Shown here piece by piece: positions 44,163 to 57,847 of a DNA stretch of 64,000 nucleotides. This DNA is from Octopus vulgaris (taxonomy: Eukaryota): the NCBI GenBank assembly GCA_951406725.2, contig OX597823.1, positions 2,914,001 through 2,978,000 of the forward strand, in the 5' to 3' direction. The position numbers and the translations under genes were made by a program. The notes under the pieces were generated by a model that saw nothing but the letters and a program-made list of their open reading frames with translations, searched no databases and had not been told where the DNA came from. Each line of letters starts with the position of its first letter. The first letter of the stretch is position 1.

Positions 44163-44498
44163 ATTCTGGGGCTGCCGTCAAAAAAATCATCTTTGTACAG
44201 GGCTCAATGAGAAAGTTTTAGAAAGTCGGATTATGCGATGGTTTGACACTGTTTGGTTGGCTAACTGGCCGACCACAGGAAACGAAAGTGGCTTAGCCGT
44301 AATGTTTACTCGGTTATCCAGCGATTCAGTTTCGAATCCGCTACACCCAGCCTAAGATCGACACAATTGACGTTTCAAATTCAAGGTTGAATGAAAAACA
44401 AAGGCACTGAGGGTTGAGTTTGTTGGAAGATGCGATTGGATGAAGTTGTTAGGGCGGTGCTTTGACGAAATGAATGGAGATGACTGAGTCGGACGTGC
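44163..44498 (-). other. Candidate host exon: 5' UTR plus start codon (MIFLTAAPE, phase 1)
   Basis: TCTTCTTTCAG acceptor, AAT|GTGAG donor, no ATG in the 308 nt before ATG at 44190, unique non-repetitive sequence. Confidence 0.5.
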
Positions 44499-44544
44499 CT
44501 GAAAGAAGATAACAGAAAGCAACCAGACGCGAGAAGTAGAGGTC

Positions 44545-44662
<118 letters not shown>

Positions 44663-45128
44663 GAAAATGAAAGGGAGGGAACACATTAGATCGGGGACGG
44701 GGAATGCTGACGAGTGACTTGATTCCGGTCAGTTTAGTATCTTCTCTGTGAATGTCTTTATGTGCAGCAGCGGCGGATCCAAAATGTGGGGTAAATAATT
44801 CGTTTGAGTTCAGCTGTGGATGGGGTTAGCATTGTTAGGAGCTGAAGAATTTCCAACTTTGAAGAGGAAGGATAGCCTTTGATAGGATAGGCTGTTGTTA
44901 TGTTGTGTGCGTGTGAGATTAACTGGAGTAACACTCAGTGTTGATGGGCTCCATTACTTATGACGGATTTAAGGGCTTCTAGCTACAGGTTGCTCATGTT
45001 TAGGGTGTACAATATTCTTTTGGGGAGTGTGGTAATGAGTGTGTCTTTATGTACGGTAATGTGTTTTGGAGGTGTGGAATACTATTTATATGCTACGCGT
45101 CTATATGGGATATAAGCTTATTTCCTTC

Positions 45129-45284
45129 CAGGGGTGAACTGAGAGTATTAAGGGCCCTTGCGCACAACTGTTTACCGGGCCCCTTAGCATTGATATCAGT
45201 ATAGTTAACATGTAGAGTGCAGGCCCCTCAGGGCTCTGGGCCCTCGGGCAGTGCCTGATTGACCAACGGCTCAGTCCGCCCCTG
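45129..45284. mobile_element. hAT-like MITE
   Basis: TIRs CAGGGGTGAACTGAG / CTCAGTCCGCCCCTG, internal GGGCCC repeats, degenerate 8-bp flanks TTTCCTTC/CTTCATAC. Confidence 0.65.
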
Positions 45285-45466
45285 CTTCATACCTGTAAGT
45301 TACATCCCTGTATGCTACGTTTACAAGTCACATGACTGCATGCTACATGTTTCTATGTCAGACGTTTTACTTTGCTGCAGTGGGTTGTTTAGTTGTTTCT
45401 GGTGTTACTTTAATATTTCATCAGTGTATTATGAAGAATAAAATCTGTGAAAGTTTTTTCATTCAA

Positions 45467-45887
45467 ATATTTATTTCTTTATTGCCGACAGGGGTTTAAA
45501 CATAGAAGGAACAAACAGGGACAGACAAAAGGATTTAGTCGATTGCATCGACCCCAGTACATAACTGGTATTTGTTTAATCGATCTCGAAAGGATGAAAG
45601 GCAAAGGACCTCGGCGGAATTTGAACTCAGAACGTAGCGGGCAGACGAAATACCTATATCTTTACTACCTACAAGGGGCTAAACACAGAGAGGACAAACA
45701 AGGACAGACAAACGGGTTAAGTCGATTATATCGACACCAGTGCGTAACTGGTACTTAATTTAACGACTCCGAAAGGATGAAAGGCAAAGTCGACCTCGGC
45801 GGAATTTGAACTCAGAACGTAGCGGCAGACGAAATACGGCTAAGCATTTCGCCCGGCGTGCTAACGTTTCTGCCAGCTCGCCGCCCT
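45467..45887 (-). mobile_element. SINE family B dimer with Tx1-like tails
   Basis: Two cores, each followed by ..TGTTTA(G/A)..CCC..G..(A/G)TAAAGA tail. Confidence 0.85.
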
Positions 45888-47012
45888 CTAAATATGGTAG
45901 ATATGGTAGCCCTAAAGGATTCTAATCGTTTGTGCCAGATATGGTAGCTCTAAATGATTATAATTGTTATTGATACAGATTGTAGCTGTCAACGAGGCCA
46001 GGGTTCCGAGTCCCAAGAAGTCGATCTAAAATTTGTGTTTTTATAATTTTAACCCTTCCGGTTGAGTGGAAGTGCTGATTCAAAAGGTTTGGACATCAAA
46101 ATAAGATCAATATTTTGGACAGCCGTAGAAACAGAAAAAAGGTAAAGTGAAGCATTTGTAATGGTTTACCTAACAACGGGAGCAATGTGATACAGATTTT
46201 GGGGGTAACCTGGAGCCATTCTTGACTCTGGAATAAACGCACTTTAAAACCCTGAAGAACTTGAACAAAACGGACAATGAAAAAGGTTCTGGTTAGAATT
46301 TTTGTTTCACCTGTTTTATATACACCGATTCAGCAACCTGAATAAACTAAATTGGACATGGTTGAACCGAAGTGGGTTGTTAGATCTTATTTTTATTGGA
46401 TTTTCGTAAAATTTGCGGAGTTTACCAATTGTCCCATTTTCAGACTTCTTATCTCATTATTATAATTTTAAATAGAGCGGTGAGCTGGCAGAATAGTGCG
46501 TTGGACAAAATGCTTACCGACATTTCTTCCGGCTTGGCGTTCTGAGTTCAAAAGCCACTGAGGTCGACTTTACATTTCATCCTTTCGAGGCTCCATAAAC
46601 TAAATACCAGTTGTGCAGTAGGGTCAATGTAATCGACAAACAACTTCCCCTTCCAAAATTCAGGCCGTGTACCTATAGTGGAAAGGGTCATAATTTTAGC
46701 AGTAATTATGATAATTTCAACAAAAATAAAACTCTTCTGACATTTCGCATAATTTTTTAAATGAATTTCCCAAATCACGAGACTCTTTATTACTTTCAAC
46801 AACATTTTAATTGGTGGTGTTTTCATAAGATTATATATATATATATCATGTATTTATATATTGTGTATTTATATATATACATATATATGTATATATATAT
46901 ATATATGCGTGTGTGCGTGTATATGTGTTATGTGTAGTGCCTTTCATATTCCACTGTGCAGGAATGTGTTAAAAATAAATGAAAACATCTCGGTATGAAT
47001 ATACATACATAC

Positions 47013-47073
<61 letters not shown>

Positions 47074-47074
47074 G

Positions 47075-47740
47075 GCGAGGAAAAATTATAAAAAGGCAGA
47101 ATGCTAAATTGAAGGTAAATTTTTAAAATGGTTATATGGAGAATTTTAAAAAATGTTTTTAAATATTAACTCTAACCGGTTTTCATGGCAATGCAAATTT
47201 TCAAGAATTGTAAGGTGAAAAGAATTTTTTTTTTAAATTGAGGAGGGGGGAAAAAAGAAAATTACATTGTTATTTGCAAAAAAGTAATAAACATATACAA
47301 AAATTAAAAAATAGGTACACCGATACATTGTAAAGTGTTTGTGTATCTTGAGTTCAATGATAGTTCTTGGAAAAATTACCTTGGAGGATTGAGATCCACG
47401 TGATTAAATCCATGTGGTGTTTAATTTAGGATGTTTGTTAAATGAATGTCAAAACAGGAAATGGGGTAGGAGTTATCCAGTTCCTGTGAGTAAGGGGAGA
47501 CAACTCTGTGGATTTTATGCTCTTCAATTGGGATTATCAATTTTTTGTCAGATAGGATGTTAGAAAAAAGAAGTATGATCATCGTGGCGTTTGCATATTA
47601 AGATGCGTTTTGAATTTTTCAATAAAAAGATTCTCCTTGTTAATTCTTTCTTGTGCTGTGATTCCGTCTTTACATTGGTAGAAGGGGAATGTACTGTGGT
47701 TACTGTCCTGTTGTCACCATTTTTACCCCTCTGCAAAAAA
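47075..47740 (-). mobile_element. Penelope-like 3' relic with variant hammerhead
   Basis: TTGAAAA..GAAAACCGGTTA motif at ~47170-47207; degraded GIY-YIG C-terminus (HGFN). Confidence 0.45.
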
Positions 47741-48062
47741 ATCTCAAATTTTATTTAATTTGATTTTCGCGGGAAGGATTGTTTCATTAAAGTCATGTAT
47801 CGCCTTGACCTTCGAAACGTGTAGTAGATGAAACAAAGGTGACTGAAGAAGGGGAATTTTCCTTGTTTTGTATGTCCTGTACTCTATTTTTTCATTGTTT
47901 AAGAAAAATGTCCATTCCCTTGGTTTTGTGTTTGTTTCGTTTCTCATTGTGTTCGACGTTTTTTGGTGTCCTGTATCCATATATGCATGTATATATACAT
48001 GTAGAGGTAGGTACGCACATATATGTATGTATATATGCATATGTTTTATTTATTAATTAATT

Positions 48063-48119
<57 letters not shown>

Positions 48120-48136
48120 TATATAGATAGTTAGAC

Positions 48137-48224
<88 letters not shown>

Positions 48225-48247
48225 TGATTGATAGATAAGTATAGATA

Positions 48248-49809
48248 TATAAGGAAAATAAGACAAGGTAGAAAATGTTAAAATAATTTTATCATGAAGA
48301 ACATTTTAGTACCGGTTTCAGATTTTGCGACTTTTTCAACTTAGAGTAAAGCATGAAAAACAATTAAATTGTGTAAAAATTAAATGAAATGTTTTTTTTT
48401 AATATTTCCATAGTTCTCAAATGCAAGGGACATTTTCCTTTTTTCTGTCTGTCTCTGTCCCTCTTTTTTCCTGTTGTGGGTTCTAGGTAGTTAGCAGCAG
48501 CTAGTTCCATATGAATTCTTGTCTTTGATGGTTTAAGCAGCAGTAGAAGAAGAAGAAGAAGAAGAAGAAGAAGAAGAAGAAGAAGAAGAAGAAGAAGAAG
48601 AAGAAGAAGAAGAAGAAGAAGAAGAAGAAGAAGAAGAAGAAGAAGAAAAATGTGGGAGTGGCATGACAGTAGCAGGATGTTGGTGGAATCCTCTTAAATG
48701 GTCAAGTTACCTGAAAATGACCCATTGTGGTTGGAAGAATAGTGATTGGAATTGTTCTGAATAAATTCACGTGAAGTGACTGTTTTGAATATATCGTTTT
48801 CGATATTTGCGTGGGTGTATTCTAAGGCCCTGGTGATAGTGTGATTTGTGGTGGATGCATTCAGAAAGGGTTTATATTTTTTGATAATGATGACCCTTTA
48901 CTAATGCTCTGACTGCAGGTTGTATCACTCCTGAATAGATAGAGGGGGAAAATTCTGAAGCTGGGTTGTTTGCTATTGGCTCAAATGTCGATGTGTGTTC
49001 GCTGAATGCTATTTTTCTGTTTTTCGGAATTTGGTTCTGGGATCTGTGCAGAGCCATCCTTAGATGTAGACTGCTTTTGGTTTTGCCTATGTATTGCTTC
49101 CGACACCTAGAGCAGATTAATACATATATCAGGTTCTCCGAAGTACATGTGAAGTTGCTTTTCACTGTGAAACGTTGATCCTGTTTGATAGAGAACTCTG
49201 ATCCCTCAATTAGGTTGACGCATATACCACAGTTAGGTCTTCCGCATTAAATTTTTTACTTACAACTTCAGTGTTGTTGTTGAGCGTATTCGGGCTTGTG
49301 TTAGGAGACTTCTCATAGATTTGGGCTGTCTTTTGCTCTTTATGATGATGTGCGTTTGGAGGATTAAATTCATTTTGTGGTCCCTTTTTAGTCGGTGATT
49401 GTTTTGGAGGATGGTGTCGAAGGCTTCATTCTTAAGAGGGTTGTGTGTGGAGATGTATGGTAGGGCTTTTGGTTGTAAACCCTTCTTTAATTTGGGATGT
49501 TTGAGTTCGTGGATATTGAGTTGTAGGGCACGCTGAAAGCATATATCAAACTAGCTGCTGTTAAATACCCAGAACCCACAACAGGAAAAAAGAGGGACAG
49601 AGACAGACAGAAAAAAGGAAAATGTCCCTTGCATTTGAAAACGATGGAAATATTAAAAAAAAAAACACTTCATTTAATTTTTCCACAATTTAATTGTTTT
49701 TCATGCTTTACTCTAAGTTGAAAAAGTCGCAAAGGCTGAAACCGGTACTAAAATGTTCTTCATGATAAAATTATTTTAACATTTTCTACCTTGTCTTATT
49801 TTCCTTATA
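48248..49809 (-). mobile_element. Penelope-like element: GIY-YIG domain between ~260-bp inverted pLTRs
   Basis: NFTCTSENLIYVLICSRCRKQYIGKTK; arms 48248-48506 and 49549-49809. Confidence 0.9.
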
Positions 49810-49828
49810 CATATCAACTCATGTGTCC

Positions 49829-50031
49829 AGGAGCTTTCTCCGTCCGAGTTGCGGATCCGTGGAACAAGCTGCCAGACGAGATGGTGAAGATGCCGACGAC
49901 CGCTTTGTTCAAAGCCTCCCTGGACCTCAAGTGGCCTGAACTCTTTACATGAACACCACCCTGTACTTAACTCCATGTCCCCCTACATGGCCTTGCTATT
50001 TGCTTTTGAGCCAAATTAACTAACTAACTAA
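49829..50031 (+). mobile_element. CR1 LINE extreme 3' end with (TAAC)n tail and TSD
   Basis: FSVRVADPWNKLPDEMV..FKASLD; TSD CATGTGTCC at 49820-49828 and 50032-50040. Confidence 0.9.
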
Positions 50032-50087
50032 CATGTGTCCCTTTTTAACCGTCTAGATATGTATGTATATATATATATGTGTGTGTG

Positions 50088-50148
<61 letters not shown>

Positions 50149-50151
50149 ATG

Positions 50152-50206
<55 letters not shown>

Positions 50207-50272
50207 ATATATGTATGTATATATAATATATATATATGTATATATATACATATATATATATGTATATATATG

Positions 50273-50341
<69 letters not shown>

Positions 50342-51027
50342 TGTATATATATACATTCATACATATGCCTGTTTTGTATATAATCTTTTTTCTGTTTCCT
50401 ATCGGTCTCCGTTCTTTCTTTGTCATGTATACATATGTGTATGTATGTTCGTGTATATTTATATATATATATATATATACACACATTCATATATATTGTG
50501 TATTTATTTAAATATATATATACATATCACATTCATACGTATATACATATATTCACATATGTATGCATGTATGCATGTATGTATGTATGTATGTATGTAT
50601 AAACGTATTTATTATCTATGTTAAATACAACCACCATTTCTCTAAAGTCAATCGGTAATATATTATTTCCGCCATGTTGCTTGGCTACAAAAGTTGCAGA
50701 CGACAACACGGCTAAATTACATCGATTTTATTTTCGAGGTAAAATATAACCTAAAATCAAAAAAAAAACAGAGAAAAAAAAAAGAAGGAAAGAAATTTGA
50801 TTGAACAAGCATTGTTTAACAATTGTGATTTCAAACAGAAATATGTCTGCTATTTTGTTTAGGTGATATAGTGTCTTCTTTTGCTCTTCTTTTACTTCTT
50901 TCTTTCATTTCTTTCCTTCTTTCTTTCTTTCTTTTTTCCTTTGCTAAGATTTACAAACTTCCTTGAGGTAACACCAAGGGGGAGAAAATATCAAATTAAA
51001 GAAATAGAGACAGGAAGGGGAAGAAGG

Positions 51028-51098
<71 letters not shown>

Positions 51099-52159
51099 AG
51101 GGAGTGAATGAGAAATAAAAGAAAGAATAGAAAAAGAATGAATTTGCAAGAGGGCGGAAAACGGGTTCGTTGTGGTAAAATAATGTTTGTATATATGAGA
51201 GCAAGAGAAGAATAAAATGTGTGACATAAAATGGAAGAAAAAATATGAAAGGAACAATGCTGGTCAAAAGATTGGGAAGGAGAGGAGAGAGAGGGAGAGC
51301 AAAGAGATCAGAAAGAAGGTGGAAAAAGAGATACATTGAAAAACATTTGAACGAAAGAGAGGCACAAAGGTAACGAGAGGCACAGGGTAACAAAGAAAGA
51401 CTGAGAAGGAGAGTGCTGGAGAGAAAGAGAGAGAGATAGAATACGTCTAAACGACAAGGGTGAGTTGAATAATGAGAGAAAGAGTAAGTAAATGGAGAGT
51501 TAATAGAAAGAGTGTGAAATGGAGAGAGCGAGGGAAATAACGGGATAAGAGACGGTAGAGATGTCTTTAAAAGAGAGAGAAATCAGCATCGAGGGGGAAA
51601 TATGTGTGAGAGAAAAAGATGGGCAGATAAACTGAAAATAGACAAGCATTGGGGTGGAAGGTTCTGCTTGCATCAATAACTTTCGTTAGATGCGATGTAA
51701 ACGTTAAGGATACACAATATTCAATTAGTTTGTTCCCTCACTCCCACCACCACCACCACCACCACACGCCGAGTAGTTTGTTCACTTACAGAACCAGTGA
51801 ACGAGTTATAAAAAGCCGATATATTTCTCAAGTTAAATATAAAACTATATCCTTAAGTCTCCGTAGAAACTACATCTAAATATGTCTGTGAAAGAACTAA
51901 TAAATTCTGTATGAGATGGCCGAGCAGATAACGAAAGGGACCTATATGTTGACGGATTGTGAGTTCAAATAGGCTGCTAATCTTTCGTTATTCGTTATGC
52001 TTTTTGGATAGAATATTTTCTTTCGACATGGCTTGTCATTTAGATACCTGATAATCTGGAAGTGTTACTAGGTATCTTATACAGAAGAAGGCTTATTTTT
52101 CATCAACATTAAACCAAGAAAGCAGAGCTAACAACCAAATCTCAAGTCGTTGTTTTCCT

Positions 52160-53262
52160 CGCTTCTTTGAATATTTCTATCGTCCTGATTGTAAGAAGCT
52201 TTCATCAAAAGAGTCAACAGCAGATATGACGTCATCATCACTACGACACTGGTTTCCAGTCAAATGCTTTTTCATGTTGGGGAACAAATGGTAGTCTGAT
52301 GAGGCAAAATCTGGAGACTATGGAGGGTGATCAACCAGTGCAAAGCCACAGTCACGCACAGCAGCCATTGGAATCAAGGAATTGTCTTGACAGCTTTTCG
52401 TAACTGACCCAGCAAGTTGGCATAGTGCTCTCCATTCTTATAGAATGGTCCGTTGGAAGACAGCCAATAAACACAGTATCTTTTGCATCCAAAACATGAG
52501 GCTATTTCCTTCTCTGCAAATAAAATGACCATGGCCTTCTTTGGAGCAGGTGAGGAGGGGTGTTTCCACTGCATGAATTGTCATTTTGTCTCTGACTCAA
52601 AGAGATTAACCCAAGACTCGTCCTGGCTTAGAAAGCGTTCAAGAAAATCAGGTGGATCTGCCTCAAACGATGTCAGATTTGCCCGTGATATGATCAAAAT
52701 GGTGTGCATTTGATCAGATGTCAAAATTCGTGGCACCAACCAAGCAGAACCGTTTGTCATGCTAGGTTTGTTGTGCGGAATATTCTCAACTCTCTCACGG
52801 GATATGCTACAAGTGTTGGTTACTTGATTTATAGTCAATCGCCTGAGGTCCATCAGCATGTGGTGAACACGATCAATGTTTTCCTCGATGGTGGCAGGAC
52901 GTCCACGCGTTTGGTCATCTTCAAGACTCTCTCTTCCCCTCCTAAATTAACCTGCCCACTTTTGCATTGTTGATAAAGCTGGAGCGTCAACCCCTAACCA
53001 TGTTAGCATGAATTTCCTTGGTGGTTAAACCCTTTTTTCCACATGTACTTCATAACGCTACGATGCTAAAATTTTGCCCATTTTCAATAGAAATCGCTAC
53101 TAGTTACTTCTAAAGTCTTTGAACAGCGAGATTGTCAGTTTACCTTGAAAGACACAATACAGTTATTAATAAGGAGAGTTGAAATTAATGCATGCAAGAT
53201 TTCCCAGCTCTAGCATGACTCCTTCATAGTCAGCATATGAACCAATCAACCCAACCACGTAC
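52160..53262 (-). mobile_element. Mariner transposon relic
   Basis: WLVPRILT, SQDESWV, QWKHPSSPAPKKA, SPDFASSDYHLFPNMKKHL; TIR-like end near 53235-53261. Confidence 0.9.
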
Positions 53263-53639
53263 TGTGTTAAACAAATTGAACAGCGTTAAGATGAATATAC
53301 TTCATTGATGACCTCTAATAACAATGTCGAAAGATTGACGCTCTAAAGTGGTTCATCTTCCAGAACAAGGTTCTGCGGACGGATTTTATTCGCAATTTTG
53401 AAACTTTTGAAGCCACAACCGACATTTACAAGCTTACACTGTATCAAGATATACTTCACAGATGTCAATGTCTTCTGTATTGCAGTGCTAGCTTTTCTAA
53501 GTTCATACAGTGAACAACGATGATAATGTTGCTGATTTAAGTCCTTTTTTTCTATAACTATACACAGAAAAACGAACAGAGGTGGATATGCTCTGACGTC
53601 GATCATTACCTCACACTGTTGATGAGTCCAGGTCACAGA

Positions 53640-55310
53640 AGGTTAAGGACATATACTCTGAGGGAGAGAAAAAAAGCTATGGCTACCAGCTTCAGAGCGG
53701 CTTCTGACAAGTGGGTTGATAAATAAATACTAAGCAACTACAAGGAAATTGAATCCTTTGGCATGACCCACCAACACAAAGATGCTTAAAGAGCGGTAAA
53801 GATGCTGAAGAAAGGAAACCGACAGTAATGTATTCAAAAAGTTTGAGATGAACATGGAAATCCCTTCAATTGCGATAAGGATAAGCTTGGAGCATGGAAC
53901 AAATATTTTGCAAAGTTGTTATCAGAGGAACACAAGCCGAAGAATAATCCAACTGCGACTAAGCTTACGACAATGCACACGAAGTGTCAACCGAAAATCT
54001 CGAGAAGTCTGAACTGCTGGTCGTACTCAGGGAGGCATCAAATGGCAAAGCAGCTGGTACAAACCTCAGTCTAGTAAATAAATCGCTCAAATATAGAGGA
54101 GAAGCACCTCGAGCAGCATTCATTGACATATGCATCAAGGTTCTCTTACCAGAGGTCATCAATCCTAGTAACACTACAAAAGGAAAGTGATCTGCGACAG
54201 ACGTCCAACGATCGGTGAATTTGTCTCATGAATTATGGCGCAAAGAATAGGCTTCTGTTAAATCGCATACCTGCAAAGATAGATAAAGAGATGTATCACA
54301 CGTTAAAAAGGGGACTGGAGACCTGCTTCGAATGGTGCCTACCAATAGTTGCTCTCTGCTCATAGACTTTCAAAAAGCATTCGACAGCGTCAACAGAACC
54401 TCTATCTTTACGATTCTTGAAAGGACAGGGATACATCAAATATAAGATCGGCAGTTAGATGTCTTTATGAACATCAAACAGCATATGTCCTTGTTAATGG
54501 GTGACAGTCCCCTGGCTTCACACCTCAGAGTGGAATTCTGCAAGGAGCTACCTTAGCACCTTATCTATTTGTGCTGGTTATAGAGCATGTGCAATCCATA
54601 CGGAGGATGGAATTCGCATATCAGTCACATAAGTTGGCCTATCTTGTACTTGGATCGTGTCATGCCAGAAGCAAAGTCTGTGGGGCCAGATAAATAAACT
54701 AATCGAAAACAGAGGGTGTCACCATTAATATAAACACACACGGAACAACAGGAATCCTGGCAAACAGGGTTGATAAGTTCACTTACCTTGAATCGACTGT
54801 AATTGATCACGCTCACAACACAAACAATGACATCATAGACAGAAGGAGAGCGGCATCTGGAGCAATGTCGCACCTTCAATACCTCTAGTCGTCTGACATC
54901 TATCCAACAACGAAGATAAAGATGTACTAAACTCTATGTCTTCCGATTTTTCCATATGGACGCAAGACATGGGTAACAAATACGGACGGCCAAAAGGCCA
55001 TGGTGAAGACTTTTCACACAAGAAACCCGAGGAAAATGTATCAGATATCCTATAACGACCACGTTTCCATTGATACATCGTACCAAATGGCTGACGGAAT
55101 GCAAATGAGCACAAGGATAAAGGAGCGCCGGCTGAGATGGTCACCAACTGCGAGACCCACCTGATGAATGCGTGAGAAGAAAGACCAAGAACGACTTATC
55201 ATCGTATGATTCGCGCAGACTGCGGGATGTCGCTCAATGAAATACTTCAAGCGGCTGAAGATGCGAATGAGTGGTAAGCCTTCAGAAACTGTTGCCAACG
55301 ACTGACTATA
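53640..55310 (+). mobile_element. RTE-clade LINE relic
   Basis: LLIDFQKAFDSVNR, SGILQGATLAPYLFVLVI, RIKERRLRW; heavily decayed. Confidence 0.75.
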
Positions 55311-55354
55311 CACTTTTTCCTTAGTATTTATACTTCTTTGTTGAATTTTGAATG

Positions 55355-55417
<63 letters not shown>

Positions 55418-55419
55418 GT

Positions 55420-56134
55420 ACTGTTTCATGGGAAATGGATCAATAAAAAAGTACCTCATCTGGTGAGAGATAAATATTATCTATTTAAAGGATACGATAC
55501 ATGTCTTTAAGTGCTACTAGCAGTTTCATATGCTGAGAAATATCCCAAACATATTCATCAGGCACAAACCACATATCATAATGAACTTTAAAAAAATGAA
55601 AAAGAGAAGAAATGCGATTTAAGGACAAAAGCACAGTTACTAAGTGGGCTAACCACGTATGGAATTTGAAAGCTAACGAAACACCACATGTGATTAGGCA
55701 GAAAATAGCTGAGAAATCTACAAGTTATGTTAATGGATCAAATAAATGTAATCTATGTTTAGCTGAAATAGTTCAGATCCTTTTCAGATCTAAGTTCCTT
55801 AACTATCTGTTGAACTCTAGATCTGAAATTTTCAGCGGCTTCAAACATATGTATAAATATATCTTGAAGAATTGGAAAATTCCGCCTATACCTGATTAAT
55901 TGTTGATGTCTTTCCAGCCTTACAATTTAAGGTCTAAGAAGGATAACACTTTTACCACTTTTAGCTTTAACATTTTCGTTTTCCGCCTTTCGTTTTCTGT
56001 GTTTAACCTTCTGCGTTTTCTATATGCTACCTTCTCAGCTTTTTCGCGCGTCTTCTCTTTTTCAATTTTTCCGTTCGTTATGATATGTGGTTTGGGCCTG
56101 GTGAATATGTTAAAGACATGTATTGTGTTTTTTA

Positions 56135-56135
<1 letters not shown>
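55420..56135 (+). mobile_element. Penelope-like element 3' end with inverted 5' pLTR
   Basis: HVWNLK..KCNLCLAE..LLNSRSEI GIY-YIG C-terminus; ~55497-55610 is inverted relative to ~56050-56125; (TA)n on both flanks. Confidence 0.8.
55511..55565 (-). ncRNA. Type I hammerhead ribozyme, canonical core
   Basis: GTGC-CTGATGA-ATATGTTTGGGA-TATT-TCTCAGCATAT-GAAA-CTGCTAG-TA-GCAC. Confidence 0.8.
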
Positions 56136-56186
<51 letters not shown>

Positions 56187-56253
56187 CGGAGATGTACTTG
56201 TATAGCAAGTGAACTGATCTGAGATCGTGTGCTGGAACGAAAACAATTGCAGC

Positions 56254-56509
56254 GTGGAAGGTGTTTGTAAGCAATTTAAAAGCACACAAAAACAGATTCA
56301 CTTCAACATTTAAATTTAATTTGCCAGAATGTTTTCGTCTGCGATCGCGACCTGTTCACTGACAAAATTCCGTGATGCATCACGGATTTTTGTCAGAGAA
56401 CAGGTCGCGGTCTCAAAGCAGCGAAAATATTTTGACAAATTAAACTTAAATGTTGAAGTGAATCTAACGGTTTTTGTGTGTTTTTAAATGGCTTATAAAC
56501 ACCTTCCAC
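56254..56509. repeat. Spacer-less ~255-bp palindrome (inverted pLTR-like arms)
   Basis: Centre CCGTGATGCATCACGG; arms pair out to GTGGAAGGTGTTT/AAACACCTTCCAC. Confidence 0.85.
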
Positions 56510-56519
56510 TATATATATA

Positions 56520-57388
56520 TATTGGGTTGGTAACTAAGTTCCCGCCGTTTTTTAAATTTTAGAATTTATTGCGTTTTTAAATTTTAGAATCTTTTTTTTT
56601 TCGAGAATTCTATTTTTGAATCATTTTGGAATCTATTTTGTTTTTTGTTTTTTCTAATTAATTTTAGTTACTTTTTGTTTTATTTTCAGATCATTAAAAT
56701 GGAATATCAAGTTAAGAAAAACGAGCATTTTCGACATCTCCTTTTTGCATTTAATCAAGATTCTAAGGCTGCAGAAGCTGCTCGCGACATTTATGCTGTG
56801 TATGTAGAGGGTGCCATAGCCGAAAGTACCGCTCGTGATTGGTATGCCAAGTTCAAAAATGGAAATTTTAACCTCATTCTGGCCGTCCAGTTGAGTTTGA
56901 TGAAGAGCGATTAAACCAATTTTTGCACGAAAATTCTCGTCAAACGACAAGGGAACTGGCAGAGAAAATGGAATGCTCCCACACTGCTATAAAGAAGCAT
57001 CTTCATTCGATGAGAAAGGTTCAGAAGTATGGGGCATGGGTTCCGCATGCTTTAAGTGACAACAATAAAAGTCAATGGCTTAGCCCTGGTAAACAAGCGA
57101 TACCGCTCTTGAAACAAGATCTTCATCCGCGTAAAACGATGTTGTGCGTATGGTGCGACTGGGAAGGGATTATCCATTACGAATTGCTTGAACGGAACCA
57201 AACGGTCAACGTGGAACTCTATGTTCAGCAGATGGAACGACTCAACACGGTATTGAAAATCTTGTTGAACGTTGGGAAGAAGTTGTAAACAACAAGGGTT
57301 AATACATTATTGATTAATTAGTTATTTTTTATTAAACCTTTTAAGAATTTAAACTTTTAAAAAATGGTGGGAACTCTTAGTTGCCAAC

Positions 57389-57394
<6 letters not shown>
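56520..57394 (+). mobile_element. Mariner transposon, internally deleted, in (TA)n
   Basis: TIRs TTGGGTTGGTAACTAAG / CTTAGTTGCCAACCCAA; HFRHLLF, WVPHAL, MLCVWCDWEGIIHYELL. Confidence 0.92.
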
Positions 57395-57434
<40 letters not shown>

Positions 57435-57440
57435 TTTATA

Positions 57441-57485
<45 letters not shown>

Positions 57486-57503
57486 GAGTTAAGCAACAAG
57501 TTG

Positions 57504-57579
<76 letters not shown>

Positions 57580-57580
57580 A

Positions 57581-57847
57581 TACATACAAAACTAAGAGGA
57601 ATGTCCACTAAAATGGACACCTAATATGCTAAACATAGACGTCAAATCGCCATTACCACGAAGAGTGTGTTCTCAAGAATCGTTTTTTATTTCGTATATT
57701 TTCATTTGTCTTGCTCATTTTTACATTTTGGTATTCTGCTGAGATTTTTCTTGAGAACACACTCTTTGTGCTATTGGCGATTTGATGTCTATGTTTAGCA
57801 TATAGGCTGTCCACTTTTAGTGCTCATTCCTCTAAATTTCGTATGTA
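57581..57847. repeat. Fold-back element, ~100-bp arms with ~70-bp spacer
   Basis: ..TATGCTAAACATAGACGTCAAATCGCCA..GAGTGTGTTCTCAAGAA inverted at 57748-57847. Confidence 0.8.

Noticed and set aside
53300-53640. Possible inverted RTE RT segment
   Set aside because: Too decayed to assign by eye.
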